Positions 30,910 through 41,232 of a stretch of 64,000 nt of DNA are shown piece by piece (position 1 is the stretch's first letter; each line of letters begins with the position of its first letter). The translations under genes and the position numbers were made by a program. The stretch lies in sequence record NC_024125.2, one strand, 5' to 3'. The DNA comes from Escherichia phage vB_EcoM_112. Under the pieces are notes generated by a model. It saw only the letters and a list, made by a program, of their open reading frames with translations, was not told the origin of the DNA and searched no databases.

Positions 30910-31869
30910 TCACTTCCACTGCATTTCGCATGCTAATTGAATGAAAAGATAAGCTAAATGCAATTCAGTATTAGCTGCAATACCATGATACTGATTATTT
31001 TCGCCTACAATTTCGTACATACGAATAATACTCTGCGGAGTTACACGTGAATAGATTTCTTCGGCAAGTTTACCAACGAACCACGAATAATCAGCTGCAT
31101 ATTTTGGTGCTAAAGCTCTGAGTTGTTTAACATCTTTATTTTTGAGAGACTCAAGAACATCATCAATAGCACCACGATCGTTAGTAACCAGTGATAAAAT
31201 ACCAGCATCCAAAACACCTTTAGATGAATAACTATCGAGCTCGCCAATAGTTTTACGAAAATCAGGAAAATTCTTTTTAACCAAAGCTGCTACAACTTTC
31301 ATATCAGCTATAGCAATTCCTTCATGCTTACAGATTTCAGTCAATCGACGAATCATCTGCTTCATCATTTCAATTTTATCTTCATCGGTCGGTTGACCGA
31401 ATGTAATAACTCGACAGCGTGACTGAAGTGGTTTAATAATACCATCAATATTGTTAGCAGTAATAATAATACTACAGTTTGAACTATAAGCTTCCATAAA
31501 GGAACGAAGATGTCGCTGAGATTCTGCTAAACCTGAACGGTCAAATTCATCAATAACGATTACTTTTTGACGACCATCAAATGAAGCGGCGCTGGCAAAA
31601 TTAGTCAAAGGACCACGAACGAAATCAATTTTACAATCTGAACCATTCACAAACATCATATCAGCATTTACATCATGACACAATGCTTTTGCTACAGTTG
31701 TTTTACCTGTTCCTGGAGAAGGAGAATGAAGAATAATATGTGGAATCTTACCTTTACTTGTAATAGATTTAAAGGTTTCTTTATCAAAGGCGGGAAGAAT
31801 ACATTCATCGATAGTAGATGGACGATATTTCTGTTCAAGAATGTGTTCTTTTTCATTTACGGTAATCAT
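30910..31869 (-). CDS. 44: clamp loader ATPase gp44 (AAA+), 319 aa
   Basis: Walker A GTGKTT, Walker B IVIDEFD; ATG at 31867-31869 (tracked start is TTG). Confidence 0.9.
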
Positions 31870-31903
31870 AATTTCCTCATTCAAGTTTTAGTGTAAATTA
31901 TAA

Positions 31904-31917
31904 AGGGCCGAAGCCCT
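31904..31917 (-). terminator. CUUCGG tetraloop hairpin between gene 45 and gene 44
   Basis: AGGGC-UUCG-GCCCU on transcript followed by UUUAUAAUUU. Confidence 0.5.
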
Positions 31918-31920
31918 CTA

Positions 31921-32607
31921 TTAAAAATCATGGGTAGAATCAGCTTCAAGAGCTACTACATAATTCGCATGTTCACCTTCAAATTTAGCAGCACCTTGTT
32001 TACCTTTTGCCCAGAGCAGAAGTTTATAATTTCCTGGTTGCATTTTCATATTTGCCATATTGATAATGAAATTAAATGTATTTTCACCATCATAATCACC
32101 AAGAGTCAAAGAATATTTAACACGGGTCAGAGCAGAATCTTCTACTTTATTAAAACCGTTAATTACGATTTTACCTTCTTTTACTGTGATAGCAATTGTA
32201 TCAATCTGCAGACCACGAGATACACGCAACAGTTGTTGAAGGTCTTCAGCTTTAATTTCAGTAACAACAGATGCTACCGGGAATGGAATTGGTTTATTAG
32301 GAGCAACTACTGTACTCGGATCGGCTGCTGGCCAAAAAATTGTTGAGCGGGCATCAGCAATTTTAATATTTCCATCTTCTGACTGGGAAATTTCTGCATC
32401 ATCATTAACTAGAGACAGAATACCGAGAAAACCGTTCAAATCGTAAATTGCTACATCAAAATCAATAGTGTCAGAAATATTTGCTTCCGCGTAAGTTGTA
32501 CCATTAACTGCGCGAGTCATAATAAATTGACCGGATTTAAGCATAATACCAGAGTTAATAGTAGCGAAATTTTTAAGCAGAGCAGTAGTATCTTTAGACA
32601 GTTTCAT
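31921..32607 (-). CDS. 45: sliding clamp gp45, 228 aa
   Basis: Length and synteny; middle promoter upstream. Confidence 0.9.
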   Translation of the reverse strand: MKLSKDTTALLKNFATINSGIMLKSGQFIMTRAVNGTTYAEANISDTIDFDVAIYDLNGFLGILSLVNDDAEISQSEDGNIKIADARSTIFWPAADPSTVVAPNKPIPFPVASVVTEIKAEDLQQLLRVSRGLQIDTIAITVKEGKIVINGFNKVEDSALTRVKYSLTLGDYDGENTFNFIINMANMKMQPGNYKLLLWAKGKQGAAKFEGEHANYVVALEADSTHDF

Positions 32608-32636
32608 GTAATTTCCTTCAATTCAAATGAGATTTA

Positions 32637-32661
32637 ATTTTATAACTAATTTAATAAAGCA
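32637..32661 (-). promoter_or_regulatory. MotA-dependent middle promoter upstream of gene 45
   Basis: Transcript TTGCTTTA, 12 nt, TAAAAT. Confidence 0.6.
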
Positions 32662-32662
32662 A

Positions 32663-33052
32663 TTAACGATTAAAATCAGCCGCAATTGTTTCCGCAACAA
32701 TTTGAGCAGCAACAATTAGACGTTCATCTGCATTACCGCAATAATCATCTTCAAGACGTTCACCACATGAAGTCATAATAAATTTAGCACCGGCGTTTAG
32801 GGATTCTGTAGTATGTTTGCGCATTAGTTCAATCCATTTATTACTTACTTCACGATCGATAGCTTCATAATACGCATGACGAGCAGGTGCAGATTTAATT
32901 TTGTTCTGAATAACTTCCATTGCGTTATCAGAAAGAGACAAAACCCATGCTCGACGAATTTTATTTTGGTTTTGTGGATTTGATTCAGAACGCACGTGTT
33001 TTGGCTGAATATCTTTTACATCAACAGTATAATTCACAGTAATTTTAGTCAT
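32663..33052 (-). CDS. rpbA: RNA polymerase-binding protein RpbA, 129 aa
   Basis: Length and synteny upstream of gene 45. Confidence 0.7.
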
Positions 33053-33061
33053 AATACACCT

Positions 33062-33250
33062 TTAGTCATAATAATCAGTAACAGTCCAAGCTTCATTTCT
33101 ATTGGACATTATTTTTGTATATTCTGCTTTAAATGCATTCCTAAGCATAGATTCAGTAACTATATGCTCTTCATTAGAAAAATTATTTCTCAGAATATAT
33201 CGTTTTATTTCAGGAATAGTTAATAGATGCTGTCCGGTTGAATATTCCAT
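33062..33250 (-). CDS. hypothetical protein, 62 aa
   Basis: ORF track. Confidence 0.5.
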   Translation of the reverse strand: MEYSTGQHLLTIPEIKRYILRNNFSNEEHIVTESMLRNAFKAEYTKIMSNRNEAWTVTDYYD

Positions 33251-33305
33251 GTTTTTCCTCCATAGAGATTATACTCTAATAAATTAAAGCATAATCTCTT
33301 ATAAA

Positions 33306-34988
33306 TTAAACCATTACAGTAAATCGACCAACTTTCTTCATTTGAAGATGCTGACCGTATGCTTGCGGGTCATGGTCTCTATGTGAAATAACAAAAACGT
33401 TAGTATTTTTTAAACTATCTAAAATAGTTGAAATAGCTTTTACACCTTCAACGTCGGTCGCTGAATCAAAAACTTCATCAAGAATTAATGTGTTTATTTT
33501 AACACCTGAAACCTTTTCAGCAATATCACGCCAAGTAAATAAAAGAGCAATATCAATTCGTGCTTTTTCACCTTGACTGAATGAAGCATAACTAAAATCT
33601 TCACGACCACGGGATTTAATTGTCTCATTAAATTCTTCATCTAATGTAAACACATAATCCGCTTCCATTATTTTAAGATAATGGTTAATCTGCTTATTAA
33701 ATAATGGAATGTACTTTTTAATAATAGCACCTTTAATACCAGAATCTTTGAGCATATCAGTCAAAATTCCTCGGTGGTATTTTTCCATTACTAAATTAGT
33801 TTTTGTCTTAACAATTTTATCAAGTTCTTCTTGAAGCAGTGCTATTTCATCAGCATGGTCAATAAACTCAGAAGATGCTTTTTCTATAGCCGCTTTAACC
33901 TTTTTAGCTTTATCTACTGCTGCGATCAGAGATTGCTTTTTATTGCGAATATCATTTGCCAACGACTGTTGGGTTTTAATATTATCTCGGTATTCATCAA
34001 CAAGAACTTTTAAATTATCACGATGTGTTGAAAGCTGTTCAAACGAATGCGTACATTCAGAAACTTTATCTTTAATTTTAGAAACAACTTTATCACCGGA
34101 ACTCAATTGTGACAAACAGGTTGGACATAATCCACCTTCGTGATACATATTAATGACTTTATTATACGAGTCAATTTTTGATTTAATTAAAACTGCTTCT
34201 TGACCGATTTTATTAAATGCATCAGTCGGGTCTTCATCTAAAACAATATTAACTAATCTTTCATTAGCTTCTTCTATTTCCGATTTTAGCGTTCTAGCTT
34301 CTTTTGCCAAATCATCATACATATTTTGCAGACGAGTAAGATTGTCACCCGTTAATTTTTTCTGGCGTTCAACGTTATCATTATATATTTTAATTTGTTG
34401 GATAATACTATCTTTTTTAACGTCAAGCACTTGGTTTTGTGAATTTAATTCACGTATTAGTGCTTTATTAAGCTTATCCATTTCAGCTAATGTTCCTACC
34501 TCAAGCAGGTCTTCCACAAGCTTTCTTCGCGCAGGGGTCGACAAACCCATGAAAGGGGTATACCCTGCTGTACCAAGGACAACAATCTGCTTGAAACTGG
34601 CATATGACATTCCGATAAGCTGTTCAAATTCTGCTTGGAAATCTTTACTGCTGGCAGATTCATTAAGACGTGTACCGTTAACGGTGATTTCAAAAACGTT
34701 CGGTTTTTGTCCTCTTTTGATATAGTACTTTTTCTCATCATATTCCATCCACAGTTCAACTAAAAGTTCTTTCTTATTTGTGCTGTTTATTAATTGGCCT
34801 TTCTTTACATCACGAAATGGCTTGCCAAAAAGCCCAAATGTGATGGCTTCTAACATAGTAGACTTACCACCGCCATTTCGTCCAGTAATAAGAGTTTTTT
34901 GAACCTTATCTAATTGAATGTCAATAGGATTTCCACCTACTGACATTATATTTTGATACCTAACTCGGTTTAGTTTAAAATTCTTCAC
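33306..34988 (-). CDS. 46: recombination nuclease gp46 (SbcC/Rad50-like ATPase), 560 aa; GTG initiation
   Basis: Walker A GRNGGGKS, coiled-coil middle, signature/Walker B near C-terminus; first codon GTG with AAGGAA RBS. Confidence 0.9.
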   Translation of the reverse strand: MKNFKLNRVRYQNIMSVGGNPIDIQLDKVQKTLITGRNGGGKSTMLEAITFGLFGKPFRDVKKGQLINSTNKKELLVELWMEYDEKKYYIKRGQKPNVFEITVNGTRLNESASSKDFQAEFEQLIGMSYASFKQIVVLGTAGYTPFMGLSTPARRKLVEDLLEVGTLAEMDKLNKALIRELNSQNQVLDVKKDSIIQQIKIYNDNVERQKKLTGDNLTRLQNMYDDLAKEARTLKSEIEEANERLVNIVLDEDPTDAFNKIGQEAVLIKSKIDSYNKVINMYHEGGLCPTCLSQLSSGDKVVSKIKDKVSECTHSFEQLSTHRDNLKVLVDEYRDNIKTQQSLANDIRNKKQSLIAAVDKAKKVKAAIEKASSEFIDHADEIALLQEELDKIVKTKTNLVMEKYHRGILTDMLKDSGIKGAIIKKYIPLFNKQINHYLKIMEADYVFTLDEEFNETIKSRGREDFSYASFSQGEKARIDIALLFTWRDIAEKVSGVKINTLILDEVFDSATDVEGVKAISTILDSLKNTNVFVISHRDHDPQAYGQHLQMKKVGRFTVMV

Positions 34989-35200
34989 AAAAGATTCCTT
35001 TTAATGTATCTTTTAGACCATTCTATCATATCATCATAATCTAAAAAGTATTCATCAAATTCAGCCATGCAAACAACGCCTTGTGCTGTTTTTGATGTAA
35101 TATAAATTATTCCAACATATCTAGAATCTTCTTCGGTATAATCAATATTTGCTGTGAATTCATCATTAATGTCAAATGTCGAAAACTTCACAATACGCAT
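34985..35200 (-). CDS. hypothetical protein, about 71 aa
   Basis: ATG at 35198-35200; tracked longer form overlaps upstream ORF. Confidence 0.45.
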   Translation of the reverse strand: MRIVKFSTFDINDEFTANIDYTEEDSRYVGIIYITSKTAQGVVCMAEFDEYFLDYDDMIEWSKRYIKRNLL

Positions 35201-35435
35201 CCTTAATACAAGATACAGCCATATCTCGTAATGATTTAGGTGTGTCATTATCTAAAATGTTGAAGTTAAAAGATACAGCCCAGTCAGTGCAGACTGTAAC
35301 CTTTTTAATACAATTATCTTCAACTTCTAGCGGTTCAAACCAGTATTCAATAATTTCTTTATGCCCAATATCATCTTTTACTTCGCATTCAAAATGCTGA
35401 CTCATCATAACATTTTTAAATTCATCAAAAGTCAT
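35172..35435 (-). CDS. hypothetical protein, 87 aa
   Basis: ORF track; overlaps gene 47 start. Confidence 0.5.
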   Translation of the reverse strand: MTFDEFKNVMMSQHFECEVKDDIGHKEIIEYWFEPLEVEDNCIKKVTVCTDWAVSFNFNILDNDTPKSLRDMAVSCIKDAYCEVFDI

Positions 35436-36451
35436 TGTGTTGCCTCTACATATAGCTGATTTGCATATTGAATAAGTGCTTCGCGATCAGAATCAGTGAT
35501 GTCTGGAATTGCATTAATGTATTCTTCCATCAATGTCTGAAGAGATTGAACTTCAACTTCTTCACTGTCATCTGACTCGACAGAGTTATCAATCTTTGAC
35601 ACAACTCGTAATGAATGCACAACTTTTTCTAGTTCAGATTCGAACTTCGTTAGATTTTTGTCTACCTCAGTTACTATAACACGTACTGATAGATTTGTAA
35701 AATCTTTATAGTCAATTTTTCCTTTAAATGGATAATGAATTCTACGATGCCAGGTAGTATTATTTGGAATAAATTCCATTCGTTCTGTTTCTGTATCAAA
35801 CATCCAGAACCCACGAGGGTCATTCTCGTCACCTGCTGTTAGTGTCCATGGTGTCCCAATATATCTGACGTTAGCAGCCTCAGAAATAGTATGGAAGTGA
35901 CCAGACCACACTTCTTTATAAGTCTTAAGGAAATCGGGTTCAAGACCATGAGATTTCATTCCTTTATAAAAATAAAATCCATTCAGTTCCCAGTGACCAA
36001 CACAAAAAGAAGCAGATGAAGTTTTGATATGCTCAAGAATTTCACCAGTATTTTCTTCACACATCCAAGGAATTAAATCAATTAAACATCCGTCAAAATC
36101 TACTGTAGTAGGCTTATCATATACTTTAACATTAGGATATTTAGCCAAAAGCTCAGTAGAGGCATTTGGATGCATTACATTTTTATAGTGGAGATCGTGA
36201 TTTCCTACAATAGTATGTAATGTGATTCCAGCACCATCAAGCATTTGAACTATTTCACGGGCAAACTCCATAGTTTTATGCGTGATTGCTTTTCGCACAT
36301 CAAAAATATCACCATATTGAATCCATACAGTAATTCCATTTTTCTTAGAATATTCTATCGCTTGCTTAATTCCATCAATTTGAATACCGCGAATCCACTC
36401 ATCATCAGCTTTAACGCCTAAATGCCAATCACCTAAATTTAAAATTTTCAT
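35432..36451 (-). CDS. 47: recombination nuclease gp47 (SbcD/Mre11-like phosphoesterase), 339 aa
   Basis: Calcineurin-like motifs (GDWHLG, GNHD); length. Confidence 0.9.
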   Translation of the reverse strand: MKILNLGDWHLGVKADDEWIRGIQIDGIKQAIEYSKKNGITVWIQYGDIFDVRKAITHKTMEFAREIVQMLDGAGITLHTIVGNHDLHYKNVMHPNASTELLAKYPNVKVYDKPTTVDFDGCLIDLIPWMCEENTGEILEHIKTSSASFCVGHWELNGFYFYKGMKSHGLEPDFLKTYKEVWSGHFHTISEAANVRYIGTPWTLTAGDENDPRGFWMFDTETERMEFIPNNTTWHRRIHYPFKGKIDYKDFTNLSVRVIVTEVDKNLTKFESELEKVVHSLRVVSKIDNSVESDDSEEVEVQSLQTLMEEYINAIPDITDSDREALIQYANQLYVEATQ

Positions 36452-36610
36452 ATATCAAGAACCGTCATTGAAATGCAAAATAAAATTATTGAAATAAACC
36501 CATCTGGTGTGCTAAAGAAACCAATCCAGCATGCTCTAGTGAATAGATAAAATGCAAGAAAAAGTATCACATATCCAAGAAATATCATTATATCAAACTC
36601 CGTATAAAGC

Positions 36611-36630
36611 TAAAGGGCCGAAGCCCTTTA
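36611..36630 (-). terminator. CUUCGG tetraloop hairpin overlapping the alpha-gt stop
   Basis: AAAGGGC-UUCG-GCCCUUU on transcript. Confidence 0.5.
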
Positions 36631-37830
36631 TTTTGTAATAATGTCAAACTGTTCTTTAAAGCAGAAGCTTGAATCTTGATGTTGATACAAAAATTCATAT
36701 GCTTTTTCTCGCTCACGGTCATAAAGAGCTCGGTCAGATGACAGTTCTTTAATACGTTCAAACGTTGATTCCATATCATTTTCATCAAACCAAATGATAC
36801 CGCTATCATGCGAGGTCAAAGGAGTATTATCAACACGGAATTTTAAATTTTCGCCAGTAGATTTCCAAAATACCGGAATTGTTCCACATGCACCAAGCTC
36901 GAGATGAGTATATTCTAAAGAACGTTGCAGATATTTTTTATCCAACTTACTCAACTGATAACCAAATCCGGATTTACTCATGCGTTCAAGCATTTCGCTA
37001 TTTACATAACGGTCAAGAATTTGCGTTGGCAAATTAGGAGCAATTTTAATTTGGTCTACTTGATGAAGACGATAATACTCGTATGGAATTCCTTTTTCTT
37101 TAATAGGAATGAACGCTGGAGAACGTTCCAGACCTTCCATAATAGTACTTAGTCCTGCAGGTTTAAGATGTTTTTCGTGAAAATCAAACATCTGGTAAAA
37201 ACCTTTCCATGTAGTCGTACGACCAATCCAACGGTTGATATTCATGTTAATTTCAGAAACATCTTTCCAGTAGGTTGATCGAACCTTCGCAATATCCATA
37301 GGAGGCTGAAAATTATATACTGTAGGTGCTTCTTCAATATCATCAAACAAAGAAACTGTTTCAGGATACCATTCTTTCATCAGAACTTTATTAAAATCAC
37401 CATTATCAGAATGGCTAAAAATAACATCAGCTCGACGAACAGTTTCTTCTAATCCCAAATTTCGACGCAAAGAAAGAGAGGAATGGTCATGTTGATAAAC
37501 CACAACACGAACCGAAGGTTTAATGTTATCAATAATTTTTTTATAGTTATTAATAGTATCTTCTTCAACTGAAGTAGCAGGAACTGAATTGATAATTAGA
37601 ATATCACAATCATTTACCAGCTTAAGTGTTTTATCGTATTCTTTTGCCAATAAAACCGGAATTGAAAATGATTTATAATCATGTGCACAGTTACGAGTAA
37701 ATGATTTATCTTTAGCATAAACCAAAGTTACTTCATGACCATTTTTAATAAACCAATCACGTTGCTCAAGAGAAAATTTAGTTACACCGCAACCTTCAAG
37801 ACCTCGAGCCATAAAAATACATACTTTCAT
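36628..37830 (-). CDS. agt: alpha-glucosyltransferase (hmC DNA alpha-glucosylation), 400 aa
   Basis: Length and N-terminus MKVCIFMARGLEGCGVTKF as I recall for T4 alpha-gt. Confidence 0.85.
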   Translation of the reverse strand: MKVCIFMARGLEGCGVTKFSLEQRDWFIKNGHEVTLVYAKDKSFTRNCAHDYKSFSIPVLLAKEYDKTLKLVNDCDILIINSVPATSVEEDTINNYKKIIDNIKPSVRVVVYQHDHSSLSLRRNLGLEETVRRADVIFSHSDNGDFNKVLMKEWYPETVSLFDDIEEAPTVYNFQPPMDIAKVRSTYWKDVSEINMNINRWIGRTTTWKGFYQMFDFHEKHLKPAGLSTIMEGLERSPAFIPIKEKGIPYEYYRLHQVDQIKIAPNLPTQILDRYVNSEMLERMSKSGFGYQLSKLDKKYLQRSLEYTHLELGACGTIPVFWKSTGENLKFRVDNTPLTSHDSGIIWFDENDMESTFERIKELSSDRALYDREREKAYEFLYQHQDSSFCFKEQFDIITK

Positions 37831-37854
37831 TTAATATCCTCTTTGTTTTGGTTT

Positions 37855-37878
37855 ATTTTACCAAAAATTTATAAAGCA
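37855..37878 (-). promoter_or_regulatory. candidate MotA-dependent middle promoter upstream of alpha-gt
   Basis: Transcript TGCTTTA, 11 nt, TAAAAT. Confidence 0.5.
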
Positions 37879-37880
37879 AT

Positions 37881-37900
37881 ATAGGAGCCGAAGCTCCTAT
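37881..37900 (-). terminator. CUUCGG tetraloop hairpin upstream of the alpha-gt promoter
   Basis: AUAGGAGC-UUCG-GCUCCUAU on transcript. Confidence 0.5.
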
Positions 37901-38073
37901 CCACATAATACGCCATACAGAGGCTCGTTAGAACTTTTAAATTTTATGCGCTTATATTTTATAGTTCCTTCTGCTTTAGCTTTATCATGAGACTCTTTAA
38001 AGCGTCTCATCATTTCCTCTTTAGAGAAACGAATTTTATTATAATCTATTTCAGAAGTCTGGGTGTTCATCTT

Positions 38074-38280
38074 TCATAACTGCCACCATTTTTTGACTTG
38101 ATAAGAATCAACCCACACTTTCATATTAGGGTCTGCTCTTACTATAGGAGGATTAACTTCTTTAATTGAACTATCATGGTATTCTTTTTCAGAAATTTTC
38201 ACACAAAGATGACCATTCAAAGATTCAGTAAATCCTGCATTAATTTTAAGACGCTTGAATTTTACGTGTGTAAGCATCAA
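38074..38280 (-). CDS. hypothetical protein, 68 aa
   Basis: ORF track. Confidence 0.45.
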   Translation of the reverse strand: MMLTHVKFKRLKINAGFTESLNGHLCVKISEKEYHDSSIKEVNPPIVRADPNMKVWVDSYQVKKWWQL

Positions 38281-38563
38281 TCATATCCTCAATCTGCGAT
38301 CTAGTAGTTTTCCAAAGAATACTGATGAGTTCATCGTTATATGGCTGTTTTAGAATATCCCGACTTTTCTTGATAGCATATTCGTATTGAGCAAAATTAT
38401 TATTTTCAGCTGCAATCTGAGCGTGCTTATAAAGACGATTCAGTTCGCGTTTGTTTTTAGACAATAACTTATTTGCTTTTCTTTCTGCTTCAAGACGGTT
38501 CTTTTCTTCAATAGAAGAAATAAGCTTTTCCACTTCATTATTAATTTCGGGTTTATCAGTCAT
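38246..38563 (-). CDS. hypothetical protein, 105 aa
   Basis: ORF track. Confidence 0.5.
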   Translation of the reverse strand: MTDKPEINNEVEKLISSIEEKNRLEAERKANKLLSKNKRELNRLYKHAQIAAENNNFAQYEYAIKKSRDILKQPYNDELISILWKTTRSQIEDMIDAYTRKIQAS

Positions 38564-38564
38564 A

Positions 38565-38783
38565 TTATTTCTCTAATATAAAATAAAAATCATCATCTGT
38601 TAAATGATACCGATAGTTTAATTCTACACCATTAGATTTAAAAGCGGTATCATACGGATTTTCTGGATCAATATCAATGTCAAGAGCTAAAACTTCCCTG
38701 AGATACATTTTAAGTAAATAGGGAATAGCTTCAACTTCAGGTATTTCTTCCAAGAATCCGGAGAGGTTAATCGTTAGCCTCAT
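38565..38783 (-). CDS. hypothetical protein, 72 aa
   Basis: ORF track. Confidence 0.5.
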
Positions 38784-39324
38784 ATAAAAAATCCAAACTA
38801 GGAGAATCGTCTACAACACTTTTCTTTTCAGCCCCCGGTGTTCTATAGGTTGATTCTTCGTAATGCGTCATTTTATCATAGATGTCTTGAATAAAAGTTT
38901 CATCTACTAACGCAACCATATCGTCGTCACGACTGTCATAGACATTGTGAACGAAGTAACTATATTTCTTTGCAACTTCCTTACGTTCTTTTTTAATACG
39001 TTGGACGAATGCATTAAAACAAGCTTGAGTTATATATGCATGCGGGTTTTTATATTTCGTTTCATCAAAATTGTGAAGCCCCTTAATAGAAGCTTCTATA
39101 CCATCTGCAATCATTTCTTGTTTCCAAGACTGGGTGTATCCTGAAAAGTTGAAACGTTTAGATAAGCCTTCTGCAATAAGCATAATGGCTAATCCGATAG
39201 TATCATTCTGACGAACTACTTTATTTGGGTCTTTATTATTTGCTAATTCTGTTTTCCAATCAATAATAGCTTGTAAAAGCTCTTTATTGTTTACGTAATT
39301 ATATTTAGGCTTAGTTTCTGACAT
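38767..39324 (-). CDS. 55: late sigma factor gp55, 185 aa
   Basis: ATG at 39322-39324 gives [17 protein letters not shown]; length. Confidence 0.9.
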
Positions 39325-39402
39325 TTTCACCTCTTAGCTCAATTCATAGATCTATTATATCATAATATTTGAAGATCTATCTTAAAGCATAGAGGATATC
39401 AG

Positions 39403-39672
39403 TTATCTAAGTAAACAGTATGCTTGGAACACTTTCTCCATCATCTTTTTAAATTCATGAATATCTATATAATGACTAGTTAGATCAGCATGATATAAAA
39501 AGTCTAAAAACTTTTCATGTGTACTAACATATTCACTTTCATTTAATTCAGAAACATGGCTTTCCCAATATCCAACACCAGTCTTATTTGGGAAAAATGA
39601 AATTTTCATGTATTGGTCAACATAGAAAATGCCATAATTTTCAATAGTAATAGAAATATTAATAAATTTCAT
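39403..39672 (-). CDS. hypothetical protein, 89 aa
   Basis: ORF track. Confidence 0.5.
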   Translation of the reverse strand: MKFINISITIENYGIFYVDQYMKISFFPNKTGVGYWESHVSELNESEYVSTHEKFLDFLYHADLTSHYIDIHEFKKMMEKVFQAYCLLR

Positions 39673-39884
39673 ACATTTATCAGCTTAGCCGCTCCAAGAG
39701 CTGCATCTAGTGAATCAAATTGATCGACATATTCAATCAGTTTGCCGTAATTAGCATATAACCACCATTGGCTAAATTCATACTCAAGGATGAATCCATT
39801 TCCTTCAATTTGAGTTAAACCATTGCCGTTTGTATTTACTTCATATCCGGCAAGACGTAAATCGTTAATAAGAGCTTCGTTCAT
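39669..39884 (-). CDS. hypothetical protein, 71 aa
   Basis: ORF track. Confidence 0.5.
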   Translation of the reverse strand: MNEALINDLRLAGYEVNTNGNGLTQIEGNGFILEYEFSQWWLYANYGKLIEYVDQFDSLDAALGAAKLINV

Positions 39885-39886
39885 AA

Positions 39887-40213
39887 TTATGCCTTAGTAA
39901 TTTTCAGGTCTGCAAATTTTTTCTTGCGTTGATTTTTCATGCGACGAATAGTTTTATCGGAAATTTCATGCTTTTGATAAGCTTTAGATTCTACACCAAA
40001 AGCTTTAACATCAAATTCCGACAAGATATATTGAACCAACAATTCACGGACAGTATTGCGTCCAATTTTCTGATCATTCTGTTTCATCGTCTGATGAAGC
40101 TCTTTTTCCCATTTATCCAAAATTTGAGGAGTTACAATATCGCCTTTTTCTAGCAAAGAAACTACTTTATCATATGCGTAAGAATTAATGACGTTTTTAA
40201 TTTGAATAGTCAT
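39887..40213 (-). CDS. hypothetical protein, 108 aa
   Basis: ATG at 40211-40213. Confidence 0.55.
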   Translation of the reverse strand: MTIQIKNVINSYAYDKVVSLLEKGDIVTPQILDKWEKELHQTMKQNDQKIGRNTVRELLVQYILSEFDVKAFGVESKAYQKHEISDKTIRRMKNQRKKKFADLKITKA

Positions 40214-40251
40214 ACATTATCCTCAATTACGTTAAAATTTTATTATCCAAA

Positions 40252-40267
40252 AAGGGCCGAAGCCCTT
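40252..40267 (-). terminator. CUUCGG tetraloop hairpin overlapping the stop of ORF 40266..40466
   Basis: AAGGGC-UUCG-GCCCUU on transcript. Confidence 0.5.
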
Positions 40268-40466
40268 AGCTAAACTTTTTGGCACCCTTCCAGCCTTCGT
40301 ACATCATTGCGACTGATATTAATATTGCTCCTGAGCAACTTGAATATTTGTGATTCCAAAACCAGTTTAGAAAAACTTCGTCATCAATACCTTGGGCTAT
40401 CATATTTTCAAAGAACTGACGACGAGCTTCGGCAATTCGCTGCGATAATTTAGATTCAGGATTCAT
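40266..40466 (-). CDS. hypothetical protein, 66 aa
   Basis: ATG at 40464-40466. Confidence 0.5.
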   Translation of the reverse strand: MNPESKLSQRIAEARRQFFENMIAQGIDDEVFLNWFWNHKYSSCSGAILISVAMMYEGWKGAKKFS

Positions 40467-40605
40467 TTAAATTTTCCAGTTACCGTTTTCATCAATAAAT
40501 TCAATCCAGTCATTTACTGACCACTTAGTTGTATCACCTTTTGGAGTAACATTTAAAGTGTATAACCCCTGCTTAAAAAGCATTCGTTTGATATTCATAT
40601 TTTCC

Positions 40606-40938
40606 TCAGCTGTAACGATAACACTCGTTTGATTTACGTTTAGCAACTCGTTGAGATGTATTATAATCTAATTCATCGTCGATGTAAACATCTTTTTTCA
40701 ACTTTCTCACTTCATTACGTAATTGACGATTTAATTCATTCTTAACCTCTGAATCAACACCTCGCATACGTCGCCATTTATCTGAGCGAAAAATGTTTTC
40801 AACCATATCTTTATGACTTACACCATCAGGAGCTTTACGCTTTCCGAAATAGTCATAATCACGAACTTTCAAGTCTTTACGACGATACGTTTTACCCATG
40901 GAGTTTAATTTCCTTAGCAACTGAACTAAATGCAGCAC
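40606..40938 (-). CDS. hypothetical basic protein, 110 aa
   Basis: Arg/Lys-rich. Confidence 0.5.
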   Translation of the reverse strand: MLHLVQLLRKLNSMGKTYRRKDLKVRDYDYFGKRKAPDGVSHKDMVENIFRSDKWRRMRGVDSEVKNELNRQLRNEVRKLKKDVYIDDELDYNTSQRVAKRKSNECYRYS

Positions 40939-41074
40939 GATCGCAAATCATGTGTTTATGTAACTTAAGTATAAGATAATAAACATCATAACCATTTACG
41001 TAAGTAACGCGAACAGCATTACCATTAATAAGATAATACTGTCCCTTTTTAATTTCTTTATCAATCATAACCAT
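40892..41074 (-). CDS. hypothetical protein, 60 aa
   Basis: ATG at 41072-41074; early promoter upstream. Confidence 0.5.
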   Translation of the reverse strand: MVMIDKEIKKGQYYLINGNAVRVTYVNGYDVYYLILKLHKHMICDRAAFSSVAKEIKLHG

Positions 41075-41104
41075 ATCAATTCCTCAAAGGCAATTCATAT
41101 GTTA

Positions 41105-41134
41105 ATAATACCACGGTTTGAACTTGTTGTAAAC
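41105..41134 (-). promoter_or_regulatory. T4-type early promoter (GTTTAC-N18-TATTAT)
   Basis: Plus gtaaac 41129-41134, ataata 41105-41110. Confidence 0.5.
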
Positions 41135-41215
41135 AACTTTGTGAAAAATATTTTAGGGAATGATAAGAAAGGAACGATAACTTAGAATGGTAATATACAG
41201 AATGTGAGAAAGAAA

Positions 41216-41228
41216 GGCCCAGAGGGCC
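41216..41228 (-). terminator. GC hairpin with U-rich tail after nrdH
   Basis: GGGCC-UCU-GGGCC on transcript followed by UUUCUUUCU. Confidence 0.5.
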
Positions 41229-41232
41229 CGTC

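Noticed and set aside
36588-36809. 73-aa ORF overlapping the 3' end of alpha-gt
   Set aside because: Embedded out of frame in a conserved gene; no independent support.
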